Assembly: GCF_006345805.1 (NCBI RefSeq)
Contig: NC_043000.1
Coordinates: 44,082,001 to 44,146,000, forward strand
Origin: Octopus sinensis
Taxonomy: Eukaryota
Length of the DNA stretch: 64,000 nt
Reading direction: 5' to 3'
Shown here in pieces: positions 23,960-35,414 of this stretch (position 1 is its first letter; each line of letters begins with the position of its first letter). The notes below the pieces were generated by a model. That model worked only from the letters and a program-made list of their open reading frames with translations, was not told the origin of the DNA and did not search any database. The position numbers and the translations under genes are program-made.

Positions 23960-24173
23960 CTTTTCTATTCTAGACTCAAGGCCCGAAATTTGGGGAGAGT
24001 GGGGCAGTCAATTAGATCGACGCCAGTACGTAACTGGTACTTAATTTATCGACCCGTGAAAAGATGAAAGTCAAAGTCGACCTCGGAGGAATTTGAACTC
24101 AGAACGTAAAGACAGACCGCAATACCGCAAAACATTTCGCCCAGCGTTCTAACGTTTCTGCCAGCTCGCCGCC
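23960..24173 (-). mobile_element. SINE, second tandem copy
   Basis: Reverse-complement match; 26-nt flanking duplication at 23934-23959 and 24180-24205 (2 mismatches). Confidence 0.85.
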
Positions 24174-24576
24174 TTTTTCATAGAAAATATTAAAGCAGAC
24201 TTAACGTCAGTTGTGTTTCAACTCAGTAAATAAAGAACTTGAACTGATATCACGCTGCATTATAGGATGTTAAAACCGAAGAGAATTCTTGCTGTTGTAT
24301 CTCAAGTGTCTTTAACAAATTCCTATCACTGGTTTGGATCAGAATTTATTCATTTAATTTGCAGCTTAAAATTGATTTGTTTCATGTGATCTTTTTTCAC
24401 ATATTTTATATATCTATCTTACACTTCCTCGCATCTGCTTCTTTCGTTTTTGTAACGGATCACATATTATACAAAGAGATGAATAAACATACAATGAAAG
24501 AAACTACCGTTCAATACAGAAATAACGAAAGAAACATATCGCAGAAAATTTATTAAAAACAATACATAAAAGTGTC

Positions 24577-24770
<194 letters not shown>

Positions 24771-25432
24771 ACCTATAGAGTCGTGAACATAAATTTTTTG
24801 TTTAATATCGTATTGATTTCGAATGATATCTTCCAGGTCGTCATCACACAGAGAATCCAAAAGGAAAGAAAATCACAAGTATAAGATATTGCCGAAATTA
24901 TTGAATTATAAAGTAAAACTTGAGTCAGATATTATTTTCAATAGTAAAGCCAGTTAGCAATAAATAACAACAAAATATTTATCAAATGAATAACTCCATC
25001 TTACGTTGCAATTACAATTTAATATCCTTTGCATTCATTTCTTTGAAGTTTGTGATATTTCATACCAACTCTGCTCTGTTGCGTGAATCAAATGCTTCTG
25101 AAGCAATTGTATTTCCTACGCTTTTAAATCATACTGAAACGCCTATAAACTCACGCACAGATTTTCGTGTACCTGAATGCATATTCATATAGGAGGTGTG
25201 CTGAAATACAAAGGGTAGAACAAAGAAAAAAAAAACAAAGAAGATTCAGAAACGTGTAACCAAACGAGAGAAAGAACTAAAGCATCTGAACAAATATACA
25301 TGTTTATAATTAATGATTTCCTGTATATGGATGTATTGATAAATATTTGGTGAGATGGTGTAGGTTTCATTGTTAATATCCTTAATTTCGCTTTATCAAT
25401 GACGAACATATTCACAAATAATACGTAAACAG

Positions 25433-25475
<43 letters not shown>

Positions 25476-25613
25476 TATATATATATATATGTGTGTATAT
25501 ATAACTGGCCACAGTTAGGGACACATTAGCAATTATATGTTTTTTTAAAGACTTAATACATATATAGTTACATCAACAATATGAGACATCAATATATGGA
25601 TCCTTTGTACACA

Positions 25614-25653
<40 letters not shown>

Positions 25654-25730
25654 ATATGTATATATACATACATACATATACACCACACACACACACAACA
25701 CACACACACACACACAACACACACACACAC

Positions 25731-25761
<31 letters not shown>

Positions 25762-26427
25762 GCAGGCAAATTCGTTCTAATTTCCACCGAAGTCAAATAT
25801 TTCCGTATCTGACCCTGTTCGACTTAACTGATATCACTCCTTCAGTATTGCTAACATTGTGACATCCAAATGAATTAAGGAACAAATGCTTGAACGCATG
25901 CGTTCAGAATTGCGTTACACCGTTTCGCTTTAACATCGCGATATGGTAATATTCATGAACATGTAAGTACATATTATACAAATTAAAGGAGTCACAAAAT
26001 TGTTTACTTGATGTGCAATGACACTTGTCACAGAACAGCGACATATATAGCACTGTATTTCTTTACAGAGATATTCTTGTGTGGTTGACACGAAGCAGAT
26101 GGATTTAGAAATGCTATTAAATTTAAGGAAACGTATGCATATTGAATATATGATGGTAATTTCCTAAAAATGAAGATTTCATTTATTCTGTTTATACCGA
26201 AGATTAAATCCAAAACGATTGAACACAAATATGATGAGAAAGAATATTTGTAATCACAATACCATAGAAATATATCGGTAAATGATAACCGCAAGAAATG
26301 TAAGGTAAGCAGTTCAGAAAATAAGAGGTATTAGATGCGTATACTGATGACATGTTCATAATAAATGAAACAATACCTGTTCTTACACTTACATATATTT
26401 TTGCGAAACATATATACATACAAACAT

Positions 26428-26458
<31 letters not shown>

Positions 26459-26516
26459 CACACATATATACATATATATATATATATATACCTAAAAATT
26501 ATATATATATAAATAT

Positions 26517-26552
<36 letters not shown>

Positions 26553-26610
26553 AAACATATATATAATAGTATTATATATATATATATAATATATTATATA
26601 TATTTAATAT

Positions 26611-26652
<42 letters not shown>

Positions 26653-26683
26653 AATATTATAAATAAATATCACACATACACAC

Positions 26684-26750
<67 letters not shown>

Positions 26751-29304
26751 TTACGTTTGAAATTAAAATTTAGGAGATTTCAATATATAGTATCAAAACT
26801 TTGTTTGGATATATTCCTAGTATTGTGCACTGAGAGTACGTTCACATAGGGCTACAAGGCATCATCGCCGCTACTGTATTTTATTAGGAGCGTCTGTGTA
26901 GTGAATTTCTGGGTGTACGTTTAGCATACATCAAATCATTGTTAGGGAAGACAGGGTGTACTGTAAATTGAATTAATGTTTCGGCTTTTATCTGGACTGC
27001 TTCCTAGTGAGTGGTGAACGATATAATGGAATCGAAGGCACCCCCACAGTGCAGAAGAAACCTTATCAGGATAGATAATATAGTACGATATGTGCGTTTA
27101 TAATACTTCACAGATCCATTAAGGATGCGGGATGTTTGCTAGGTATTCGGGGAGTGATAGTTAAAGAATGCAAAGAATCAAATACAAATAATAATTTGGA
27201 ATGTGAGAATGTTTTTTGAATGAAATGTGCTCAGAAGTTTGTGAAGTTCTTTCAGTGTTGGTCATGCGAATCATTCGTGTCAACACACACAGACATACAC
27301 ACATCCTGCCCGTCCACACATTCATGGACACATATGAATATATATCCCTGTGTGTGTGCCTATGGGCGTGTAAACCATCTATAAATGCAATTGCCTATAG
27401 TCACTGTCAAAATCCATGCAATCTTTGCGCTCGTATTCTAAGATAAAAGGCTTGAATTGTGTGCGTCTTAGTTTCGAAAGTATTTCTGTATTTGCTGAAG
27501 TCGTTTGTACTGCAGCATCGATCATTTGCTATATATAGTAACTTGTTTTCTGGCTTATACCTGTATAATTTTTTCATATCTATATTGCATCAAAATTGTT
27601 TGAGAAACGTTAATGTCAGTGTAAGTATATCTCCAATAGTGTGTCATCATTTTCTATTCCCATCGCTTTTCTCCATTAGCCTATTGCCATTGGAGCGGCT
27701 ACAATTATTATAATAGGATATGATATCATATCCTTCAGTAAAAAGACTCTTCTTAAGGTGGTTCGCTTCCAGATATCTAGTTAATTAGGTATTTGTAATA
27801 TGCAAAAACCATCATGATTATTTAATCCCATAGTTTATGTGAAAAAAAGGTTTGATGTGTTTTCTTTCATATTAATAATGGTTTTCCTAAACATTTATAT
27901 TATGTATGATTTTTTTTCTATTCTTGTTCATATATTCTGTTATTCATCACTAAAACATGGGCAAAACCGCACTTTTTTTCTTCATTGCAATTAATATGAT
28001 AACATGAACTCGACTGGTTAAAAGGTAGCAACTAATTACCATAAGAGAGGACGATCCGGATATTAAATTGTGATTTGTTGGAAAATAAGGGCTGATACTG
28101 CTTTATTCCTTAGATTATAAGATGAGGAAGTATAAAATCATTATCCCTCTTATATGTATATATGTATGCATATATGTATGTATATATGTATGTATGTATG
28201 TACGTGTATGTATGTATTTATGTATGTGTGTGTATGTGTATGTATCTATGTATCTATGTATAATTTTAGGTACAATGCTACTTCATCGAGTATAAAAAGA
28301 TGAAAGTCGGGGAATTTTAATTCTGCAAAAAGAACACTCATGAAATTCTTTATTATAGTTTGTATGTTGTAGCTTCTAACTATATTATCTCGCATTCATA
28401 TGAAACTATATTAATCACAAATTATCTGGTTGGTCGATTAAGGTAGACGTTAAGTTGGGCAATACTAAACCGAAACATCTATAACAATTTATTCTCATGT
28501 ATATCAATGATAACCGATAGCAATAAACATGGATCCACTATTAATATTTAATATGTTCTATTAGTGGAATAAAGCAGTATTTAATAATGAATCAACTGTC
28601 AACAAGTGTTGTAGATCTGAATAGATTCGTGGCGTTTTCCATTTATCAATGCCTTGTTCCATTTGGGAAATATTATATGCTTTCTAAAAGCAGCTTTTCT
28701 AACAGGTTTTTTTCTGTCAAACAATGGTAAATGTTTACTGATTTTGTACAGTTTTCTAAACATATTTTTATCATATTTCTTCCCTATTCTTTAAACCGAC
28801 TCCTTTCACAAAATATTTTGTAAATAAATAATTCTTTCAATCAGTATATAATACTGAAATTTATTAGATAAATACTAGTGAATTGGACTTAATAACATAA
28901 AATGGTGAGTTTTCATATAAGTCACAGGAACATATTATGAAATATAGACATGCAATATTTATGTTTATTATGAAATATATGCTACTTCATACAGAAAGTT
29001 GCTCTACATTTGTAAATACAAACGATTCTCCGCATTTAAAGTTTAGAATAGTATATAAATATTAGAGTGATCATTTCTACTATAACAAACAATGTACCGA
29101 CCAGCATAAGATAGTTTTATATATATGTGTGTGTGTGTGGCACCAATACAATGATGAAAAGGTATTTATTCTAACACTTGGCCGGTGTACGACTGCATAC
29201 TCAACATGATTAGAACTTAGTGCCTGTAGGAATGAAACTGACTATTCTTGTGAAACTAGTTTAGTTGTCAAAACATTTAGTACTTCACATAGTTCGAAAT
29301 ATCG

Positions 29305-29501
29305 GTTAACAAGGCCAGCAATTTCGGGAGAGGAGAAGTCAATTACATCACTCCCAGTACACAACTGGTACTTATTTTATCGAACTGCAAAGGATGAAAG
29401 GCATGGTCGACTCCGTTGGCATTTGAATGCATAAGGTAAAGAGGGACGTAATACAACTACGTCCTTTGCCCCATGTGCTGACCGCTATGGCAGCTCGCTA
29501 C
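29305..29501 (-). mobile_element. Old degenerate SINE of the 20454/23715 family
   Basis: actggtacttattttatcga...ggatgaaaggc...gtcgac core; cagctcgc head remnant. Confidence 0.7.
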
Positions 29502-29704
29502 TGAACGTATAGTTGGAAATATTGCCAAATAAACTCCGAATTTAGAAAATATAATAATATGACTCAATGAAATATATTGGAAATTTGATTTTGTCTCGAA
29601 TTTCTACATAGCCCTTACCAAAATCAAACATATATTTCACACATACATTTGACTACTCTGGCATGTGTATTAAACTCATCATCGTAAACTTTTGTTAGGT
29701 TCCA

Positions 29705-30150
29705 ACACAACATTTCATTCGAGCGTTAAATATCGAACTCTTGTCACAAAAGACCTTTGAGAGTAATTCAATAGTTTCTTGGAATTAAATCCCACTCGAT
29801 TTCTTGGGCAATATAAAGTTACAGTAGTGTTACGCTCGGCCGGAGATACCTTGCGTAGTAATAGCCTCACTTTCTCCTCATCCGACCATGACATGTAATC
29901 GTTGTAAAAAATGTATTCGTATGTTCTGTAGAACTCAGGAAACGTAATACCCACTTCCGGATTATAAGTGAATTCAGAAATCGAGCTCGCCACGCCATCT
30001 GGTGTAAACGAACGTACCGAATCTTCGAACTCCTTGACTGTAACTCAGATAACTGTTGCTGTAATATTTGCATCTGCAACTCCTCCTGTAGTTGTTCTTA
30101 TTGCTTCTCTTGAAGCTGTATTACTGCAGCTATTGGGTCCTCCATAGTTT
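29705..30150 (-). mobile_element. Ty3/Gypsy gag N-terminal remnant (frameshifted)
   Basis: SISEFTYNPEVGITFPEFYRTYEYIF...WSDEEKVRLLLRK resembles Mag/K02A2.6-type Gag; preceded by a Gln-rich coiled coil. Confidence 0.7.
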
Positions 30151-30198
30151 GTCAAATGACGCACAAATTGTGGACTAGCCTACTGGAACTTCGAAAAT

Positions 30199-30593
30199 CT
30201 CCTCGATACCAGATGTTATATCCTTATGTTCCCAATATCCTAGTAGGGTTGATATTGTCGACGATAGATAAATAACATATTGTAACAGTGATATAACAAT
30301 ACAAAATAGAAACAGCGGCACTAACAAACACATATGTGTCCACCAATCAATACTTCCATCACACTAATTCGGACTGTACCTGGACTTCAATGACCAAACT
30401 ACGAACTGCCGACTTTGTCAGAACGCTAAAATTTATATCTAGTGGTGCCGTCTATTCTCGTCCGGCGGTGTCGTACTCTCGCCATAACACAATCCATAGG
30501 GGTAACTATAAAATAGCATTTGAACTTTACACGCTTTGCCTAAACGGAGCATGATTCGCCATGTTGAAAACCATCAGTAATATCGTTGTGACA
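30199..30593 (-). mobile_element. Putative 5' LTR (30593-30214, TGT...ACA) followed by a primer-binding site
   Basis: Minus strand starts TGTCACAAC and ends TATAACA, then TC and TGGTATCGAGGAG, immediately upstream of gag. Confidence 0.5.
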
Positions 30594-32298
30594 TTTCAAA
30601 GCTGTCCCAAACCTATTCGAACTGACCGAAACATTTTTTAAGGCTATGCGTTTATACTATGTAAACGAGTGTGTTGAGAATCTGTATCTAAGTTCCAAAG
30701 TTTAGAGGGATTTTTACTGATTTGTTTATTCCATTGAAATATGCCAGAACTAATAATAGATTAAAGCAATTAAAAATGTTATACATTTGGCTGACCACAG
30801 GGTCGATAAAAATGGAACTTGGCTCTCTTCCTATCCTATGAACTAAAATTCTTTGAATAGTTATCTCACTCAACAGAATAATGTTGATGCTAAATATTAT
30901 TTATAAATATCCAAATAATATATTGCATTGGTTCAGAGCAAGAAATGTTTTCGACAAAGATATCTTCACTTGTAAGTGATGCTATTAAGTATTTAAATCA
31001 ATGTTTCTAGCCAGCATACATTCTTATCACTTTATCTACATTTCTAGTAAATGGAAATCTTTCAAACTAATGATATGTCAGGTTCAAAATTCAAGAAATG
31101 TCAAATAATTTAACAAACCTCTTTTCACTCTCGGGCTATCTTCGACTAACAATGCCAAGAAAGTAATTCACAGAAATTTCAACTCGACATTTATCCTCAC
31201 TATCAAAACAAACTTTTGAGTTTGTTTGTAATAAATTCTGTCATCACATTTTGACCTATTTCTCACATGAGGAAACAATAAATTTATGGAAGGTATATGT
31301 GTGTGTGTGTGTGTATTTATGAAAGATACGTGCGTATACATCTACGTAAATATGTATGAATGTATGTATGTATATATCTAAATCTACACCCCTCACACAT
31401 TTATAGCTTTGGAAATACTTGGTTCTAAGATAACAACTGTATTTGTCTTCTGCATCAACGAATGTTACGGTAAATTATATTTCACTTCTACCATATGGGT
31501 ATGAAATGTATTTAGCTATTATCTAGTTGACTGGATTATGTAGACCTAAACTGAAGTGTGACATTCCGTACCAGGGAATAAGTTATTAAGTTAAAAGAAC
31601 TTTTGTTTCTGCTTTGGTATATACACATAGATTCATACGCATATCAGTGTCAGTTTACTTTATCCAGATTTATTACATGAATATAATCCGATATTTTGAA
31701 TCGAAACATTCTACAATCTAAATACTATAACGTTGGATTATATATCCCTTGGTCTATAATAAAAGAAAACAATTTGGCACTGACTTGCACAGATATTAAA
31801 GACATTGTTTATGGTATATTTTGCAACATATAAAATACATTTCCTTCCTTCATTTTTTAACTGGTATCAAACAACATACACTTCTAAACACATTAGATAA
31901 TGTATTGCCAAGCCTTATTTCTCTCGCAATGACATATTTACGTGCATGTACGGATATACTTAACAGTACATTTCCCTAAATGCACACACAATCACTTTTT
32001 GTGCTACATATAACTATCGGATCGTAAGATGACTGTTTATCGTGAATTGACTTCAATCCATCCTGAAGCAGATCAAGACATTCATACAATCATAGAGTCG
32101 AAAACTGAAAACATGTAGCCACTTGAAGAAAAACACATATACATACAGACACGAGATATTTGTGTATATATATATATACATGAAATCAAGCGTTCAGAGA
32201 TATAATTTAAATAAGAATGCGTACATGCAAACGAATCTATATTCGCACTTGAATAATTCATTCATGTTTCAAATGTGTAATAACGGAGAATTGTTTTA

Positions 32299-32360
<62 letters not shown>

Positions 32361-32408
32361 TATATATATATACATATAACTATATATGTATATATATATT
32401 TATATATG

Positions 32409-32439
<31 letters not shown>

Positions 32440-32596
32440 GTATATATATATTTATATATGTATATATGTATATATATATAAATTTATATATAGAGGGCAT
32501 TATACATACATGCCAGAAGGCATTATACATACATGCCAAAAATATTACTAATCCCACCGAATGCAATTTTTCAAAGTAAGACATTTAAAAAAATAT

Positions 32597-32644
32597 AGAC
32601 CTGTATCACAGTGATTTCATACTTACGTACTCATCAGCAGGCCT
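32597..32644 (-). ncRNA. Type I hammerhead ribozyme (482-nt family), copy 1
   Basis: Reverse complement of 35367-35414, identical. Confidence 0.88.
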
Positions 32645-33078
32645 GAATGTATTATAAATAAACAACGACCCTGCCCCGCTTAAGCCGATCAGCTAACTGC
32701 TCAACATCAACGAAGCACATGGGTGAGTTTACATATATTATAATCCGGGTAAATGGCAAACTTTTACGAATTGCATTTCGGGAGAGAAGAAGTTATTTCG
32801 GAATAAAAATTTAGCAATTAAGGACAACTACTTAATAAGGAAAACTTAACAAGAAATTGTCAGGTAGATAGCGTAAAAAACCTCATAAGAGAAAAAATTT
32901 CGAAAATAATTATTTCTTATTGAACATATTAATTTATATATAGAGGGCATTATACATACATGCCAGAAGGCATTATACATACATGCCAAACGCTAAGAGG
33001 GACAATTAGTCATTTCTACCAAAAATATTACTAATCCCACCGAATGCAATTTTTCAAAGTAAGACATTTAAAAAATAT

Positions 33079-33126
33079 AGACCTGTATCACAGTGATTTC
33101 ATACTTACGTACTCATCAGCAGGCCT
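33079..33126 (-). ncRNA. Type I hammerhead ribozyme (482-nt family), copy 2
   Basis: Reverse complement of 35367-35414, identical. Confidence 0.88.
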
Positions 33127-33607
33127 GAATGTATTATAAATAAACAACGACCCTGCCCCGCTTAAGCCGATCAGCTAACTGCTCAACATCAACGAAGCAC
33201 ATGGGTGAGTTTACATATATTACATCCGGATATACTTTGAAAAATTGCATTCGGTGGGATTAGTAATATTTTTGGTAGAAATGACTAATTGTCCCTCTTA
33301 GCGTTTGGCATGCATGTATAATGCCTTCTGGCATGTATGTATAATGCCCTCTAGATATAAATTAATATGTTCAATAAGAAATAATTATTTTCGAAATTTT
33401 TTCTCTTATGAGGTTTTTTACGCTATCTACCTGACAATTTCTTGTTAAGTTTTCCTTATTAAGTAGTTGTCCTTAATTGCTAAATTTTTATTCCGAAAAA
33501 ACGTTTCCTCTCCCGAAATGCAATTCGTAAAAGTTTGCCATTTATCCGGATGTAATATATGTAAACTCACCCATGTGCTTCGTTGATGTTGAGCAGTTAG
33601 CTGATCG

Positions 33608-35302
33608 TCAGTTTGAGTTCGGTCGTGTTTTTTTACGCTCGTAAAATTCGGTAAAAAAAAGATCAAAAAGAATTGTTGTTGTTGTTGTGGTAATTTTGAA
33701 CGGCGTTAAAGCGGTTTCGCGTTCCACTGGTTCTGCGCGTAACACTTTTTCTGTTTTGACGGCCGTTTTGGCCTGTCAGGCGGGAGGAAATGGATGACCA
33801 CTACCTAGTGGAGGAGTCGGAGGAAGAATGGATATTTGAGAGCTTGTCGGAGACATCGAACTCTGAAGACGAGCAAATCGGTGATGTAAATAATGTGGAG
33901 ACAAAAAACAGGAAAACGTACGCAGGAGTTGCAAAAAAGAAGACGGAACAGGAAAAAGAAATAAATCTAGAAAAATTGCCAGGTTCCAGAGGTATATGAG
34001 GAAGGACAGCGGCGAGGTGGAACTGGAACCACCACCAAAGAGAAAGGAATGGTACAATAAGAGGACCATAATTTACAGGGTGTTCGTGAACGATAGAAAG
34101 AAAATAGAGATCGTAAACATGGAATGGATAGAGGAGGCCCTGAGAAGATCGGAGGAGGAAATCATTTTTCTGACTCGAGGATCGAAGTACGGTACTGTAG
34201 TGGTGCATTTTAAAAGTGAGACTGCAGCGAGGAGGATGGCGGTGAAGGCGGTGAAGTCAGAAAGGGTAACACTTTTACCTATGTACTTGAATAGAAGGAT
34301 CACACGAGTAAGGGTGGAGGGAGTGCCACCAAACGTGGAGGCTGAGTGGATTGTGGCGGCTGTGATCAGCGGCCACGAGGAGAAAGTAGATATTCTCCAT
34401 GCCTCGGTCAAGACCGAGGGCTGGAGAGGCGTAATAGTGGAGCTGAACGTGCAGGCGGAGAGCGAGGTACTGGTGGACCTGGCGGAGAGCATTAAATTGG
34501 GAGACGTGATTATGAGAGTGTGGGTGGAGGGCAGAGCTCCACGTTGTTACAAGTGTGGCCTGAGGGCCACATAAGAGCCTTCTGCCCTCCCCCACCAAGA
34601 GAAAAGGAAATCGTTGAGGAAACTACAAAAGAGGAGGCCCCAAAAGAAGAAGAAATAAAGAGAAGCAGACGGAAAGAAAATGACAGAGGAGGAGGAGATG
34701 CAAAAAGAGTGTGAGGAGGGCAGAAAGAAGAGAAAAGGAAAGAAAAGGAAAAACTGTGCGAAGCCCCAACCCACCCCAATACCACCCACACCCTTGGAGA
34801 CCCTCCTGCCCCCGCAAACAGCAATCCCACCCACTCCCCGCCTACAAGAAAAACGAAAACAGACACACAGAACATACAAAAGCCCAGTCCTACTTTTTAT
34901 GTGTTGTGGGGAAGGGGGATACTGAGAACGCAAGAAGGCTATTTGAAGACGATGTATGGCAGGAGTATGAGGACGGAAGTTATGCGGTATTCGATTTTGA
35001 ACTCATGGGCTCTTTGATGAGCAAGTGCAATGAACTACGTATAATTGTATAACAGCATTTATGAAGGATGATATGATAGAGAGATATGAGAGAGAAATGA
35101 AAGGTGAGGTGAAAAACTTTGGAATCGTGATAGGAAACGGAAAGGTAAGTGATGCTGGCGGAGGGGGCCGTTAGCATCGCTTTCATGTTATCATTTTTTC
35201 ATTTTAACATTCATTTAATCATAATTTTAATCGCATTGTTTTATGTCCCCCATGTTTTGTAATGTTCCCTCTTCGTGGCCCCTAGTGGGTAATAAAGAAA
35301 TA
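33608..35302 (+). mobile_element. ORF1-only non-autonomous retroelement (Tx1/L1-like ORF1 with CCHC knuckle), 1695 bp, 23-bp TSD
   Basis: TSD gatgttgagcagttagctgatcg at 33585-33607 and 35303-35325. Starts TCAGT. Frameshifted ORF from 33790 with RRITRVRVEGVPP and CYKC-GLRG-H-IRAF-C. Ends AATAAAGAAATA. No endonuclease or RT motifs. Confidence 0.88.
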
Positions 35303-35366
35303 GATGTTGAGCAGTTAGCTGATCGGCTTAAGCGGGGCAGGGTCGTTGTTTATTTATAATACATTC

Positions 35367-35414
35367 AGGCCTGCTGATGAGTACGTAAGTATGAAATCAC
35401 TGTGATACAGGTCT
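35367..35414 (+). ncRNA. Type I hammerhead ribozyme (482-nt family), copy 3
   Basis: AGGCCTG CTGATGA GTAC-GTAA-GTAT GAAA TCAC-T-GTGA TA^CAGGTCT. Stem I is 7 bp (one G-U), stem II has a GNRA loop, stem III is palindromic, triplet AUA; predicted cut after 35407. Confidence 0.88.

Noticed and set aside
26975-27010. PLE-like gtttcggc...cttcctag motif
   Set aside because: Core is CTAGGAAG rather than CTGANGA, and no stem I.
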